From Candidatus Thorarchaeota archaeon (lineage in GTDB: Archaea; Asgardarchaeota; Thorarchaeia; Thorarchaeales; Thorarchaeaceae): 64,000 nt of DNA. A program made the translations under genes and the position numbers. The stretch spans positions 18,708 through 82,707 of the forward strand of contig JBHLRZ010000014.1 in NCBI GenBank assembly GCA_048882045.1, in the 5' to 3' direction. Shown here piece after piece: positions 26,937-36,513 of the stretch (position 1 is its first letter; each line of letters opens with the position of its first letter). Below the pieces are notes generated by a model. That model was not told the origin of the DNA. It saw only the letters and a list, made by a program, of their open reading frames with translations, and searched no databases.

Positions 26937-28271
26937 TTAGGAAACCAGTCTTCGTAAGTTTCCAGCTGGTAAATCTCTATCCAACTTCTGGGCCACCTCA
27001 ATGTTGAGGTTGGCAACGACCTCGATGTGTTCTCCAGTGTAGTTCTCACTAACGATGTCGCCTTCCTCATGCAGCCAAGAAAGCAGTGACATCCCAGCAT
27101 TTCCATATGGGAGTATGATCTCGTATCTCTGCAAACGGGGCAGATGTTCCTTTACTGATTCTATCAATAGATCGAGATTCGTCCCGTCATGTGCGGATAT
27201 TGGCACTATTTTAGAAAGCGTGTCAGGAAGAGCATTGATTCTTACCTCGATATCTTTCTCATCGAGTAGGTCAATCTTGTTGAGTGCAGTCACAATCGAG
27301 ATACCATTTGCTCCAATCTCGTTGAAGGTCTCTAGACACGCTTCGACCTTTCGGTCCATCTCTTCGACTGGATCTGATGCATCAACAACGAGAATGATGA
27401 CATCTGCATCTGCAACTTCCATGAGGGTGGTGTTGAAAGCTTGAAGGAGTGGTCCAGGAAGGTCGCTGATGAACCCGACAGAATCTGAGAGAACTACCCG
27501 CCTACCGGGCATGTCAACTTCACTAGCCTTTGTTGAGAGTGTCGTGAAGAGCTCGTCAGCCACATCTACATCGGACCCTGTAAGTGCTCTGTGAAGTGTA
27601 CTCTTGCCAGCATTGGTATATCCAGCAATAGTCAACTCGATGAACCCTTCATGGACACGTTTCTTCTTCTTGGTCTCTTGCTCCTTTGATATTTTTTCGA
27701 GTTTCTCATTGATCTTTGAGAGTCGTCTGCGAATGTCCTTTATTCGCAGGTTTAGCAGATCTTCACCTGCGCCTATCTGTTCTGCAATTGGACGGTCTCC
27801 AGTATGTTCCTTCTGAAGTCGCATCCGAATCTGATGACGTTCAAACGGAAGTTCATATCGCAGTCGAGCCTGCTCAATCTGGAGTCGGGCTTGCTGTGTC
27901 TTTGCATGCTTGTCAAAAATCTCCAGAATAACCTGAGTTCTATCACGGACCTCAGTCTCCCAGAGCTCCATGAGTCTGAACACTTGACCAGATGTGAGTC
28001 GAGGAGAGAAGAGTACAAACTCAGGCTCATTGACCTCAATCCATGTCTGAATTTCTTGAGCCTTTCCAGAGCGTATTCCATACTTTGCAGCAGGTGCACT
28101 GATAATGTCGAATGAACCAACAACTGTGTATTCAGCGGTGGTCGCCAATGCCTCAAACTCACTAAGGAGGTCTGGTTCTGAATGACGCCGCCGTTGAACT
28201 AGTAATGCTGTTGCTTCGACCATTGACCCAACCTCAATCGATTTCGTCTTAAACGATTTGATTTCAGACAC
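26937..28271 (-). CDS. hflX: Ribosome-associated GTPase HflX
   Basis: DRTQVILEIF..HA, GAGE, AGYTNAGKSTL, LFTTL, SDSVGFI, NKID. Confidence 0.93.
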   Translation of the reverse strand: MSEIKSFKTKSIEVGSMVEATALLVQRRRHSEPDLLSEFEALATTAEYTVVGSFDIISAPAAKYGIRSGKAQEIQTWIEVNEPEFVLFSPRLTSGQVFRLMELWETEVRDRTQVILEIFDKHAKTQQARLQIEQARLRYELPFERHQIRMRLQKEHTGDRPIAEQIGAGEDLLNLRIKDIRRRLSKINEKLEKISKEQETKKKKRVHEGFIELTIAGYTNAGKSTLHRALTGSDVDVADELFTTLSTKASEVDMPGRRVVLSDSVGFISDLPGPLLQAFNTTLMEVADADVIILVVDASDPVEEMDRKVEACLETFNEIGANGISIVTALNKIDLLDEKDIEVRINALPDTLSKIVPISAHDGTNLDLLIESVKEHLPRLQRYEIILPYGNAGMSLLSWLHEEGDIVSENYTGEHIEVVANLNIEVAQKLDRDLPAGNLRRLVS

Positions 28272-28317
28272 ACGGAAAGATTCTTGGCTCTATTCGAACT
28301 CTCGGATTTGAGCTCTG

Positions 28318-30354
28318 ATGGAACATTTTGAAATACGAGCAAAGGATGGTCTCGCACGACTTGGACGGTTTACAACCAAACACGGCACTGTAAAGACTCC
28401 ACTTCTTATGCCTGTGGTTCATCCAGGAAAGTCTGTGATTAAACCTCAAGAGCTTGTAGACCACTTTGGATTTCAAATGGTAATCACCAACTCCTACATC
28501 ATTCGGTCACATGACAAGTTCAAAGATATAGCAGTTGAGAAAGGAGTTCATAAACTTCTAAGTTTCAAGGGGCCAATCATGACTGATTCAGGCACCTTTC
28601 AGATGTATTTCCATTCTTTGCCAGAGGAGGAGATTGATCCTCTCGAGATTGTTGAGTTTCAGAAGTCTATCGGAGCAGACATCGGTACCATTCTGGACGT
28701 TTTCTCTGATCCAAAGGTCGGAAAGTCAAAAGTCGAAGAAGACATGCGGGTTTCTCTTGAGAGGGCGGAGATGTCTGTTGACAAGAAAGGAGAGATGATG
28801 CTTGCAGGGACCGTCCAGGGAGGAATCTATCCTGACCTTCGTGAAGCTTCAGCGAAGGTTTTAGCAACTCTTGACTTTGACGTTCATCCTATAGGTGGCG
28901 TTGTTCCTCTAATGGAACAGTACCGGTATGCGGATATGGTGAGGGCTACTCTTGCAGCCAAGAAGCATCTACCGCTTGACAGACCAGTACATCTATTCGG
29001 TTGTGGCCATCCTATGCTTTTTGCTCAAGCTGCACTGCTTGGATGTGATTTGTTTGATTCGGCCTCTTACGCTAAATTCGCTGAAGCTGGGCGGATGATG
29101 CTTATCACTGGTACAGTTCATTTGGACCAATTAAACGAATTACCATGTGAGTGTCCAGTATGCAGTAATACAACTGCTCAGGAATTGAAAGGCCTAGAGA
29201 GAACAGAGCGGGATCTACAATTGATGAAACATAATCTGTACATATCTGCTGCAGAAATGCGACGAGTGAGACAGGCCATCTCGGATGGGAAACTGTTCGA
29301 ACTCGCAGCTACACGTGCTCAAGCTCATCCAACACTCCTAGAAGCGTTCAGTACAATGATGGACCACAGTAACATGTTGGTGGACTCGGACCCCATTGGG
29401 AAGACATCCTCAATATTCTATACTGGTCCTGAAACAATCAATCGACCAGAATTGGTAAGTTTCCATCGCCGCACTTTCGAAACGTATCCATACAGAAACA
29501 CGAAAACAATAATCATCGTTCCAGATGACGCTAACCGACCGTACACGGAAAGTGCAGGTACGATAATCAGCGAGGTCAGAAAAAGAAGCGATAAGGAAAT
29601 CATTCTCTTGTTTCTAACCCCCTTGGGTGTTGTTCCTTGGGAACTTGAACATGTTCATCCAGCCCAACAGGGAGTCTTTCCAGAAACCATCGATGAAACA
29701 ACGATTAACATCGTTCAACAGAAACTCCACAAGTTCCTTGAAAGCATCACCTACAAAGATTTGATCTGGTTCGAGCGACCAGCAGCGACGAACACAATCA
29801 TTGAATCAATCAAGTCCAGAGGAAACGTGGACATCCTAGACTCGGCTTCAGCTGTGATTGACAGACTTGGGGATTCGCCTGATGATCCACAAGACTGGAC
29901 CCGAAGGAAGCTCAGAGCCATACTTTCGTACCAGTGGGGCTCAAAAGTTTCAGGACTAGCTGACCACCAGGACTTGAAAGTAGAAATCTCGAGAAGTACT
30001 GGAAAGATACGACAGATCAAGTTGGGAGATGAAATCATCTTGACCCTTGTGCCGACAACTGGGCTCTTTACAGCAACCTATGAGGGTGGTCGCCAACTCA
30101 TAGAACATGGACTGGATTCAAAGTATAAGGTCAGGCTTGACGACGAGGTCCGCCAGTTTGTCATAGATGGAAAGTCAGCCCTAGCAAAGTTCATTGTACA
30201 TGCCAGTCCTGAGCTCCGTGCAGGCGAGGAGATTGCTGTAGTGGACAGTTCCAACATTCTACTAGGTGTAGGAAAAGCACTACTATCTGGAAGAGAGATG
30301 ATGACATTCCAGCGAGGAGTCGCTGTAAACATCCGGCATTCTCTGAAGAACTAA
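28318..30354 (+). CDS. tgtA: Archaeosine tRNA-guanine(15) transglycosylase with PUA domain
   Basis: TPLLMPVVHP, MTDSGTFQ, IGGVVPLME, HLFGCGHP, FDSASY, CECPVC zinc site, C-terminal PUA. Confidence 0.95.
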   Translation: MEHFEIRAKDGLARLGRFTTKHGTVKTPLLMPVVHPGKSVIKPQELVDHFGFQMVITNSYIIRSHDKFKDIAVEKGVHKLLSFKGPIMTDSGTFQMYFHSLPEEEIDPLEIVEFQKSIGADIGTILDVFSDPKVGKSKVEEDMRVSLERAEMSVDKKGEMMLAGTVQGGIYPDLREASAKVLATLDFDVHPIGGVVPLMEQYRYADMVRATLAAKKHLPLDRPVHLFGCGHPMLFAQAALLGCDLFDSASYAKFAEAGRMMLITGTVHLDQLNELPCECPVCSNTTAQELKGLERTERDLQLMKHNLYISAAEMRRVRQAISDGKLFELAATRAQAHPTLLEAFSTMMDHSNMLVDSDPIGKTSSIFYTGPETINRPELVSFHRRTFETYPYRNTKTIIIVPDDANRPYTESAGTIISEVRKRSDKEIILLFLTPLGVVPWELEHVHPAQQGVFPETIDETTINIVQQKLHKFLESITYKDLIWFERPAATNTIIESIKSRGNVDILDSASAVIDRLGDSPDDPQDWTRRKLRAILSYQWGSKVSGLADHQDLKVEISRSTGKIRQIKLGDEIILTLVPTTGLFTATYEGGRQLIEHGLDSKYKVRLDDEVRQFVIDGKSALAKFIVHASPELRAGEEIAVVDSSNILLGVGKALLSGREMMTFQRGVAVNIRHSLKN

Positions 30355-31499
30355 TTCGTCGGTTCTTCAGCTACTGCATAGAGAGGATGACCAGGTATCT
30401 TCCTAAGCGCATCAACTCCGCCCATAGGTAGGACCATCATCTGTGATGTTGGTGAATATAAACGAATAGGGGCACCTCGCTGCACATCAGCCTCTGGTGG
30501 GAGGAGTGAAACTGCGGAAATGTTGCCCACATTAAAATGGACTTCAACATTACTACCCACAAATATTACTTGGCTGATTTCACCAGCTATTTCATTGTCG
30601 CTATTACTTGTTGGTTGGACATGAAGATCCTCTGGCCGAACAGCACATCGGACATGCTCACCGACCTCAAAGGGATAGTTCTCAACCGGAGATAATCCTC
30701 TCACAGTTTGACCATCAGGCAGGTTGACTGTAAGCTCGGTCCCAATAGTGGATATCTCGCCATCAAGGAACGTACACTTACCGATGAAATCTGCAACAAA
30801 CAGGGTTTGTGGTTTGTCATAGATCTCTCGAGGTGGATCATACTGCTGGACATATCCAAGGTCCATTACTGCGACCATGTCAGAGATACTGAGAGCCTCA
30901 ATCTGGTCGTGAGTGACATACACAGTTGTGATGCCCAACTCTCCTTGAATTCGAAGAATCTCCTCACGCATCTCGTTCCTCAACTTCGCGTCAAGGTTAG
31001 AGAGTGGTTCGTCAAGGAGAAGCACATCCGGTTCGATAACTAATGCTCTTGCAAGAGCAACACGTTGCTGTTGTCCTCCTGAGAGTTGGTGAGGTGTCCT
31101 ATCACCGAGACCTCCCATCCGTACAAGTTCGAGAGCGTTATCCACACGTGACTTGACAGCAGCTTTTGTAAATTTCAATCCCTGAACACGTTTCAGCTTG
31201 AGTCCGTACGCAATGTTGTCAAATACTGTCATGTGTGGCCAGAGCGCATAATTTTGGAAACACATACCAGTATTCCTCTTGTTCGGAGGAACTTCGGTCA
31301 TCTCTCGGTCATCGAAAAAGATCTGACCTCTATCGGGAACATAGAATCCTGCTATCAGACGTAGAAGAGTTGTCTTTCCACAACCCGATGGACCTAGGAG
31401 AGTGGAGAGTCTTCCATCCTGTAGAACCATATTCACATCATCAGTGGCTACAACTTCACCAAACGTCTTTCGTAAGTTCTTTAGTGTGATTTCAACCAT
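30351..31499 (-). CDS. ABC transporter ATP-binding subunit (Fe3+/polyamine/sugar-phosphate type, TOBE domain)
   Basis: [47 protein letters not shown]. Confidence 0.95.
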   Translation of the reverse strand: MVEITLKNLRKTFGEVVATDDVNMVLQDGRLSTLLGPSGCGKTTLLRLIAGFYVPDRGQIFFDDREMTEVPPNKRNTGMCFQNYALWPHMTVFDNIAYGLKLKRVQGLKFTKAAVKSRVDNALELVRMGGLGDRTPHQLSGGQQQRVALARALVIEPDVLLLDEPLSNLDAKLRNEMREEILRIQGELGITTVYVTHDQIEALSISDMVAVMDLGYVQQYDPPREIYDKPQTLFVADFIGKCTFLDGEISTIGTELTVNLPDGQTVRGLSPVENYPFEVGEHVRCAVRPEDLHVQPTSNSDNEIAGEISQVIFVGSNVEVHFNVGNISAVSLLPPEADVQRGAPIRLYSPTSQMMVLPMGGVDALRKIPGHPLYAVAEEPTN

Positions 31500-31509
31500 T
31501 ATATTCACC

Positions 31510-33561
31510 TCAGATTCCTGTCATGGCAGATGCTCTGGTCTTCAGGATAGCATTGGTAACTGCTATCACAACCATTTGCATAACCATCATGAGAACACCG
31601 AGAGCTGCCGCGGGTCCGATTCCATATGTTGGCGGTAGTCCCGCGTACGTTTCATTAATCCAATATGTTAACGGTGCCTGATAGTAATTGGCACCACCGA
31701 GTAACAGACTCGTACTGACTTCACTCACGCAATATACGAATGAGAGAAGTGCTCCAGCAAGTACACTGACTCCAATTAATGGGACAACAATGCTCGTGAA
31801 AGTCTTATTTCTACTAGCCCCAACATTTTGCGCCGCTTCTTCTAACACCACAGGCGTCTGTTGCATCCCTGCATACGCTGCACGTACTGTGAATGGAAAC
31901 TTCCTCACCAAGAATGACATGATGATTAAGAACATTGGCCCATCGATTGGGAAGAATGGAGTATTGTAGAACAAGGTGAAGTATCCAGTAGCAATAACAA
32001 TACCTGGCAGAGCAATTGGAGATGTTACCAGCATGTCCAATGCCGTGCGACCCGGAATCTTCCGCCGAGATATGATGTATGCAGCAGATACTCCAAGCAG
32101 TACAATACCAAACGTTGCCACTGCAGCATAGCCTACTGTCCGAGTAAACGCCCCTTGTATGTCACCATTCCCTAATATCGCGTAGTTATTCCATGTTAGT
32201 GGTGGAAACAGCTCACTCGACCGATACTGAGAGAACGACAACAGTATAACACTAATCTGCGGTATTAGAGCGAAGAACAGAACTGGGATAATTACTAGAA
32301 ACATCAAAATCCAGGTCCTAGTTGAGAGGTGCCTAGTGCGTGGATTCCACTGACCACCTTTGCTCGCTGAAGCATAACTTCGCAAAGATGCGTATTTTCT
32401 GATGGCTAAGAAGCCCGACAACGCAAATACAAGCAAGATCATTCCTATCGCAGGACCCAATGGGTTGATATCCCCCGATTCGGCAATGATGCTGTCAAAC
32501 ACTTGGAACGCTAAGGTCTTCTGTGCTTGCAAATCCTCAGCATACACAATGGGAGTTCCTAGGTCCTCAATGCTAAGAATGAATGTGAGAATTGCTCCAG
32601 CTTGAATGCCTGGCATCGCCAATGGAAGAGTGACAGATCTAAAAAGTTTGAAGCCAGTTGCTCCCAAGTTTTCTGCTTGTTCCTCTAATGATGGATCAAT
32701 TCCCATGAACGATGAATAGGCATTGAGGTAAACTAGTGAAAAGAGCGAGAATCCTTGTACTATTATGATCGCCGCCAATCCATGGAATTCGAATCGAGTC
32801 CACTCCAAACCAAACAAATCAAAGAATGCAGCCGCCAAGTTGTTCAAGAAACCATTGGCACCCAAAAACCACTTGATTCCCATGGCGCCGATGAATGGAG
32901 TCGAGAGCATTGGAAACAGCAGGAGAGTCCTGAGAACACCCTTACCCGGAAATTCATAGCGTGCAATGATGAAAGCAAATCCAGTTCCTAATACAACCGA
33001 GATGATAGTGACGAAGACTGCAGAATACACAGAGTTAAGAATAACTCCAAGATCAATACCCCAGATCTCAATGTATCCAGCACCCGTTGGACGAATCCAG
33101 TTGAAGTCTGTAGGTTGCCATTGGGGAACATAAAATGCATTATTGAAGAGTTGAGTTATCAGATTCAATGAAACGCCAGTATCAGTCACAAATGAACCCC
33201 AAACCACACTGAGTAAAGGTGCAATCAAGAAGAGTCCGAACACAAAGATGATTCCAACTAGTTGAACCCAACTTAGAGTGTCCATCTCTCTTCCCATCTC
33301 TTCTGCATAAACACCCATCCTTTTTGAGAATCGGCGGATACTCTGTCCTGGATCAAGGAAGAACCGATACAGACGTATAATTCCGCGATAGATCCATTTG
33401 AAGAACGCTAGGATTCGATTACCAAGGCCGACAAAGAAACCTATGATAAAATAGCCTATTGAATGGAGGTCGATGGGAGCAGAGGACTCCATATCTTCAG
33501 GAATAACTTCAGATCCCATTTCAGTATCGAATTCACTCAGCCCCACATCTTCCACATCCAT
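31510..33561 (-). CDS. ABC transporter permease, duplicated (FbpB/AfuB type)
   Basis: Two EAA loops (LEEQAENLGA, LEEAAQNVGA); about 12 TM segments. Confidence 0.92.
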   Translation of the reverse strand: MDVEDVGLSEFDTEMGSEVIPEDMESSAPIDLHSIGYFIIGFFVGLGNRILAFFKWIYRGIIRLYRFFLDPGQSIRRFSKRMGVYAEEMGREMDTLSWVQLVGIIFVFGLFLIAPLLSVVWGSFVTDTGVSLNLITQLFNNAFYVPQWQPTDFNWIRPTGAGYIEIWGIDLGVILNSVYSAVFVTIISVVLGTGFAFIIARYEFPGKGVLRTLLLFPMLSTPFIGAMGIKWFLGANGFLNNLAAAFFDLFGLEWTRFEFHGLAAIIIVQGFSLFSLVYLNAYSSFMGIDPSLEEQAENLGATGFKLFRSVTLPLAMPGIQAGAILTFILSIEDLGTPIVYAEDLQAQKTLAFQVFDSIIAESGDINPLGPAIGMILLVFALSGFLAIRKYASLRSYASASKGGQWNPRTRHLSTRTWILMFLVIIPVLFFALIPQISVILLSFSQYRSSELFPPLTWNNYAILGNGDIQGAFTRTVGYAAVATFGIVLLGVSAAYIISRRKIPGRTALDMLVTSPIALPGIVIATGYFTLFYNTPFFPIDGPMFLIIMSFLVRKFPFTVRAAYAGMQQTPVVLEEAAQNVGASRNKTFTSIVVPLIGVSVLAGALLSFVYCVSEVSTSLLLGGANYYQAPLTYWINETYAGLPPTYGIGPAAALGVLMMVMQMVVIAVTNAILKTRASAMTGI

Positions 33562-33585
33562 GGTGTTGTTAGATTATACGAGTCA

Positions 33586-35013
33586 TCACGGAGTGAGGTA
33601 TGCGTTCAAATCTGCGAGCGTGTCCAAATACTGTTGATTGGCTGCTGCAGTCCATACTGTCTGCATGTTATAATAGAATGTGCTATCAGAGATCATCTGG
33701 TCGTTGATTTGCTTAGCAAATGCTATTGTAAAGTTGGTAGGTGTGCTCTCATAATCGATTGTCACAGGACGACCCATCATGACTGCCCAATCATCGAGTT
33801 GTTCAATTGTGATGTCTGAGGCCAAATAAGCACTGACCAGCGCATCCCAACAAAGGACTAGGTTGTCATGCGCATCATTGAACACAGCCTCAAAGTAGGA
33901 AATGAAGGCTGTATTGATTTCCACAGACAGAGTATCATTGAATTCGATACCAGATGTTGCAATAGTCTGATTATAGGTTTCGTACAGATCCTGGAAACCC
34001 TGACCGTATGGAGTCAGGAAGGCTGATCCAAGTACAGGCATCCTACTGACACCAGGTGTGAGCCAGACTGCTTGCCCTTCAGGAGACAAGACAAAGTCAA
34101 CAAAACCTTCAGCCAAGTCCATCTTTGGTGTGTCCTTCACAATAGCAATAGGGTCACCATTGACGATTGTTTCACCCTCAGGAATGATGTACTCACAGTC
34201 TGGATTGTTTGCCTGCGTGTTGTAACCATAAAAGTCAATTGACATTGCAACACCGACTTCTTGGTTCTCAACTGCTGCCTGGGTCTGAACAGATCCAGGA
34301 TACAGACGAGCACTTCCAGCCATTCTGGCCATTGTGACCCAGCCCGCATCCCAACCCATTCCTTGAGTAATGATCTCATAGATACGGGTATTGGATGTTG
34401 TTGCAGGTGCGTTACCCATAGCTATTGTGGCAGTAGGCAACAGCGAACCCCAAATGGGCTGAGCAAGATGTGTCCAGTTGTTTGGTGTGGGAAGACTGTT
34501 TGCGTCAAGGAATGCATGATTCACTGTGAAGCCAAATGTCGAGATAGCAGCGGCAACCCACACAACATCACTATTTGTATCGCGACGCTTCATATCGGTG
34601 TTGGCAATCTCATCAGGAACCCTATCAACGACTGCCTCAATTGAGGCCCAGTTTAAGGGCTCAAGATTACCATCTCGTTGCATTTGGTCAAATAGAGTGG
34701 GTCCGCCACCCCATAAGACATCAACTCCTCCGGCAGCGATAACATCATCCCAGAAACCACCATCTTGCGTCTTCCAAACAACATCTGTAATTCCATTATC
34801 AACAGCAAAATCTGATGCTAAGAATGCTGTTTCATATGCTGCGTGAATGGCAACGTCGTGACGAGTAAGAACAGTAATGCTCTGTCCAGGACCTGCTGGT
34901 CCACCCAAGTTAAGAACAACTATGGCACCACCAGTAACGACGACACCAATTACTACGACAGCAATAACTATCGTTTTCATATTTCGTGTACTTTCGAACT
35001 CTCCGGCCATCAA
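33586..35013 (-). CDS. ABC solute-binding protein (FbpA/AfuA-like) with N-terminal TM anchor
   Basis: DVLWGGG, FGFTVN, P.NW..LA.P, IDFYG, NGDPIAI, FVDFVLS.EGQ. Confidence 0.85.
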   Translation of the reverse strand: MMAGEFESTRNMKTIVIAVVVIGVVVTGGAIVVLNLGGPAGPGQSITVLTRHDVAIHAAYETAFLASDFAVDNGITDVVWKTQDGGFWDDVIAAGGVDVLWGGGPTLFDQMQRDGNLEPLNWASIEAVVDRVPDEIANTDMKRRDTNSDVVWVAAAISTFGFTVNHAFLDANSLPTPNNWTHLAQPIWGSLLPTATIAMGNAPATTSNTRIYEIITQGMGWDAGWVTMARMAGSARLYPGSVQTQAAVENQEVGVAMSIDFYGYNTQANNPDCEYIIPEGETIVNGDPIAIVKDTPKMDLAEGFVDFVLSPEGQAVWLTPGVSRMPVLGSAFLTPYGQGFQDLYETYNQTIATSGIEFNDTLSVEINTAFISYFEAVFNDAHDNLVLCWDALVSAYLASDITIEQLDDWAVMMGRPVTIDYESTPTNFTIAFAKQINDQMISDSTFYYNMQTVWTAAANQQYLDTLADLNAYLTP

Positions 35014-35320
35014 GTATCACCTTTTTGAGATAAACTTCTATTGATGTAATCTCACCGTCCCTTTTCAAAGCTCCTCTCAAATCTGCTAAGACTCGACACA
35101 ACTAAGTGTAGTATTAAAGCTTTGTCACCAATGCTCATGTGTTTATGGGCACACGTCCATTCATGAGGATTTGTTCGACATTTTGCTATTTGTTCAACAA
35201 TCGATGTTAGCTTCGACACAAAACGTAGAAGAGCCTAAAAGCCTAAATACTCATCACCTTTGTAACTGCTTACGTTTCGAGTACTCTTTTCAAGAAGATT
35301 CGAAGGAGGACAAACACGCG

Positions 35321-36352
35321 TTGAATACATACTTGAGGACGCGAAAGATTGCAGCAGTATTTCTACTCGCAGCACTTTTTGCTCCATATTTTATTAGCGT
35401 CGGTGTTGTCCCACCAAAAGTTGTAGGTCAAGAAGATCCACTAATTGTGATTGACATGACCCACGGTCAGTACTCTTCATACGTATTTGGAGAGGAAGAC
35501 ACTTGGTTGGAAAACAACCTGACTGCTATGGGATACGACGTGGTGTTCGCGTATGGTGGTCTTAACGACACCATTCTAGCGGATGCTGACGGTCTACTAG
35601 TCGGTGCTATCTATGGTACCAGCAACGGATTTACTAATCAGGAAGTCACTGATGTAGCTGATTGGTTTAATGCAGGTGGTAAGTTCATGTGGGTCGGATC
35701 TGACTCTGACTACGCAGGCTATGCCTACATCAACGCCAACTCATCACTCATTCTCGATGCTGTTGGTTCACATGTCTACCCTGAAGCCATTTCGATCAGT
35801 GATGCTATTTCCAACTGCAACGCTTCATACAGAGTCGTTGCGAACAAAACAAGCACTAATGCATTCGTTGCTAACATTGTTGACGGTGTCGATGCAGTAC
35901 TGATGCACGGTCCAACCTCACTCTACGGAAGCACTTCCGGAGCTGAGGGTACTGATGTTGTTGCACTTGAAACCACAACAATTGCCAACGTCTATCCAGT
36001 TCTCTATTACGGAGCTTCTGCAACCATTGGAGACTCTGACCTTGTTCCACCACTCGCAAACGATGATGGTGATTCAGGTGAGTTTGTCGCAATGACAATA
36101 GAGATGAATGCTGGAGAAGCAGGAACAGGTGTGATCATTGTTTCAGGTGCATCACCATACGGTGACTACCAGCCAATGTTCACAACTGAGTACTATGATG
36201 TACCACTAAATGGCGACGCACTTGTCAAACAGGCAATCGAGTTTGGCATGAATCCACCCACTGGGTTTGCAATTGATCCATTGCTTCTGATGGGTATTGC
36301 TGGCGCTGTAATTGTAGTCATCATCGTTGTAGTCGTATTGAAGAGAAGGTAG
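35321..36352 (+). CDS. Surface-anchored protein with GIFT/DUF4350-like domain
   Basis: Signal peptide; IVIDMTHGQ...L.D.D.L....FT..E...V.DW...GG; C-terminal IDPLLL + TM + KRR; TTG start follows GGAGG. Confidence 0.7.
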   Translation: MNTYLRTRKIAAVFLLAALFAPYFISVGVVPPKVVGQEDPLIVIDMTHGQYSSYVFGEEDTWLENNLTAMGYDVVFAYGGLNDTILADADGLLVGAIYGTSNGFTNQEVTDVADWFNAGGKFMWVGSDSDYAGYAYINANSSLILDAVGSHVYPEAISISDAISNCNASYRVVANKTSTNAFVANIVDGVDAVLMHGPTSLYGSTSGAEGTDVVALETTTIANVYPVLYYGASATIGDSDLVPPLANDDGDSGEFVAMTIEMNAGEAGTGVIIVSGASPYGDYQPMFTTEYYDVPLNGDALVKQAIEFGMNPPTGFAIDPLLLMGIAGAVIVVIIVVVVLKRR

Positions 36353-36404
36353 ATACCTATCTCAATGAGGTAGAGAAATCTACCTCTTCCCCTTTCTTTT
36401 TCTT
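36347..36404 (+). terminator. Hairpin + T-tract terminator candidate
   Basis: AGGTAGAT 36347-36354 / ATCTACCT 36378-36385, then CTTTCTTTTTCTT. Confidence 0.5.
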
Positions 36405-36513
36405 AATCCCGTTAAGTACCCACTGAATTACAAGATGAAACATAACTATGTTATGGGACACATTTAATTGTGATATCCTCTGGAAGAATAATCAGAGGTC
36501 TGCGATATTGAAG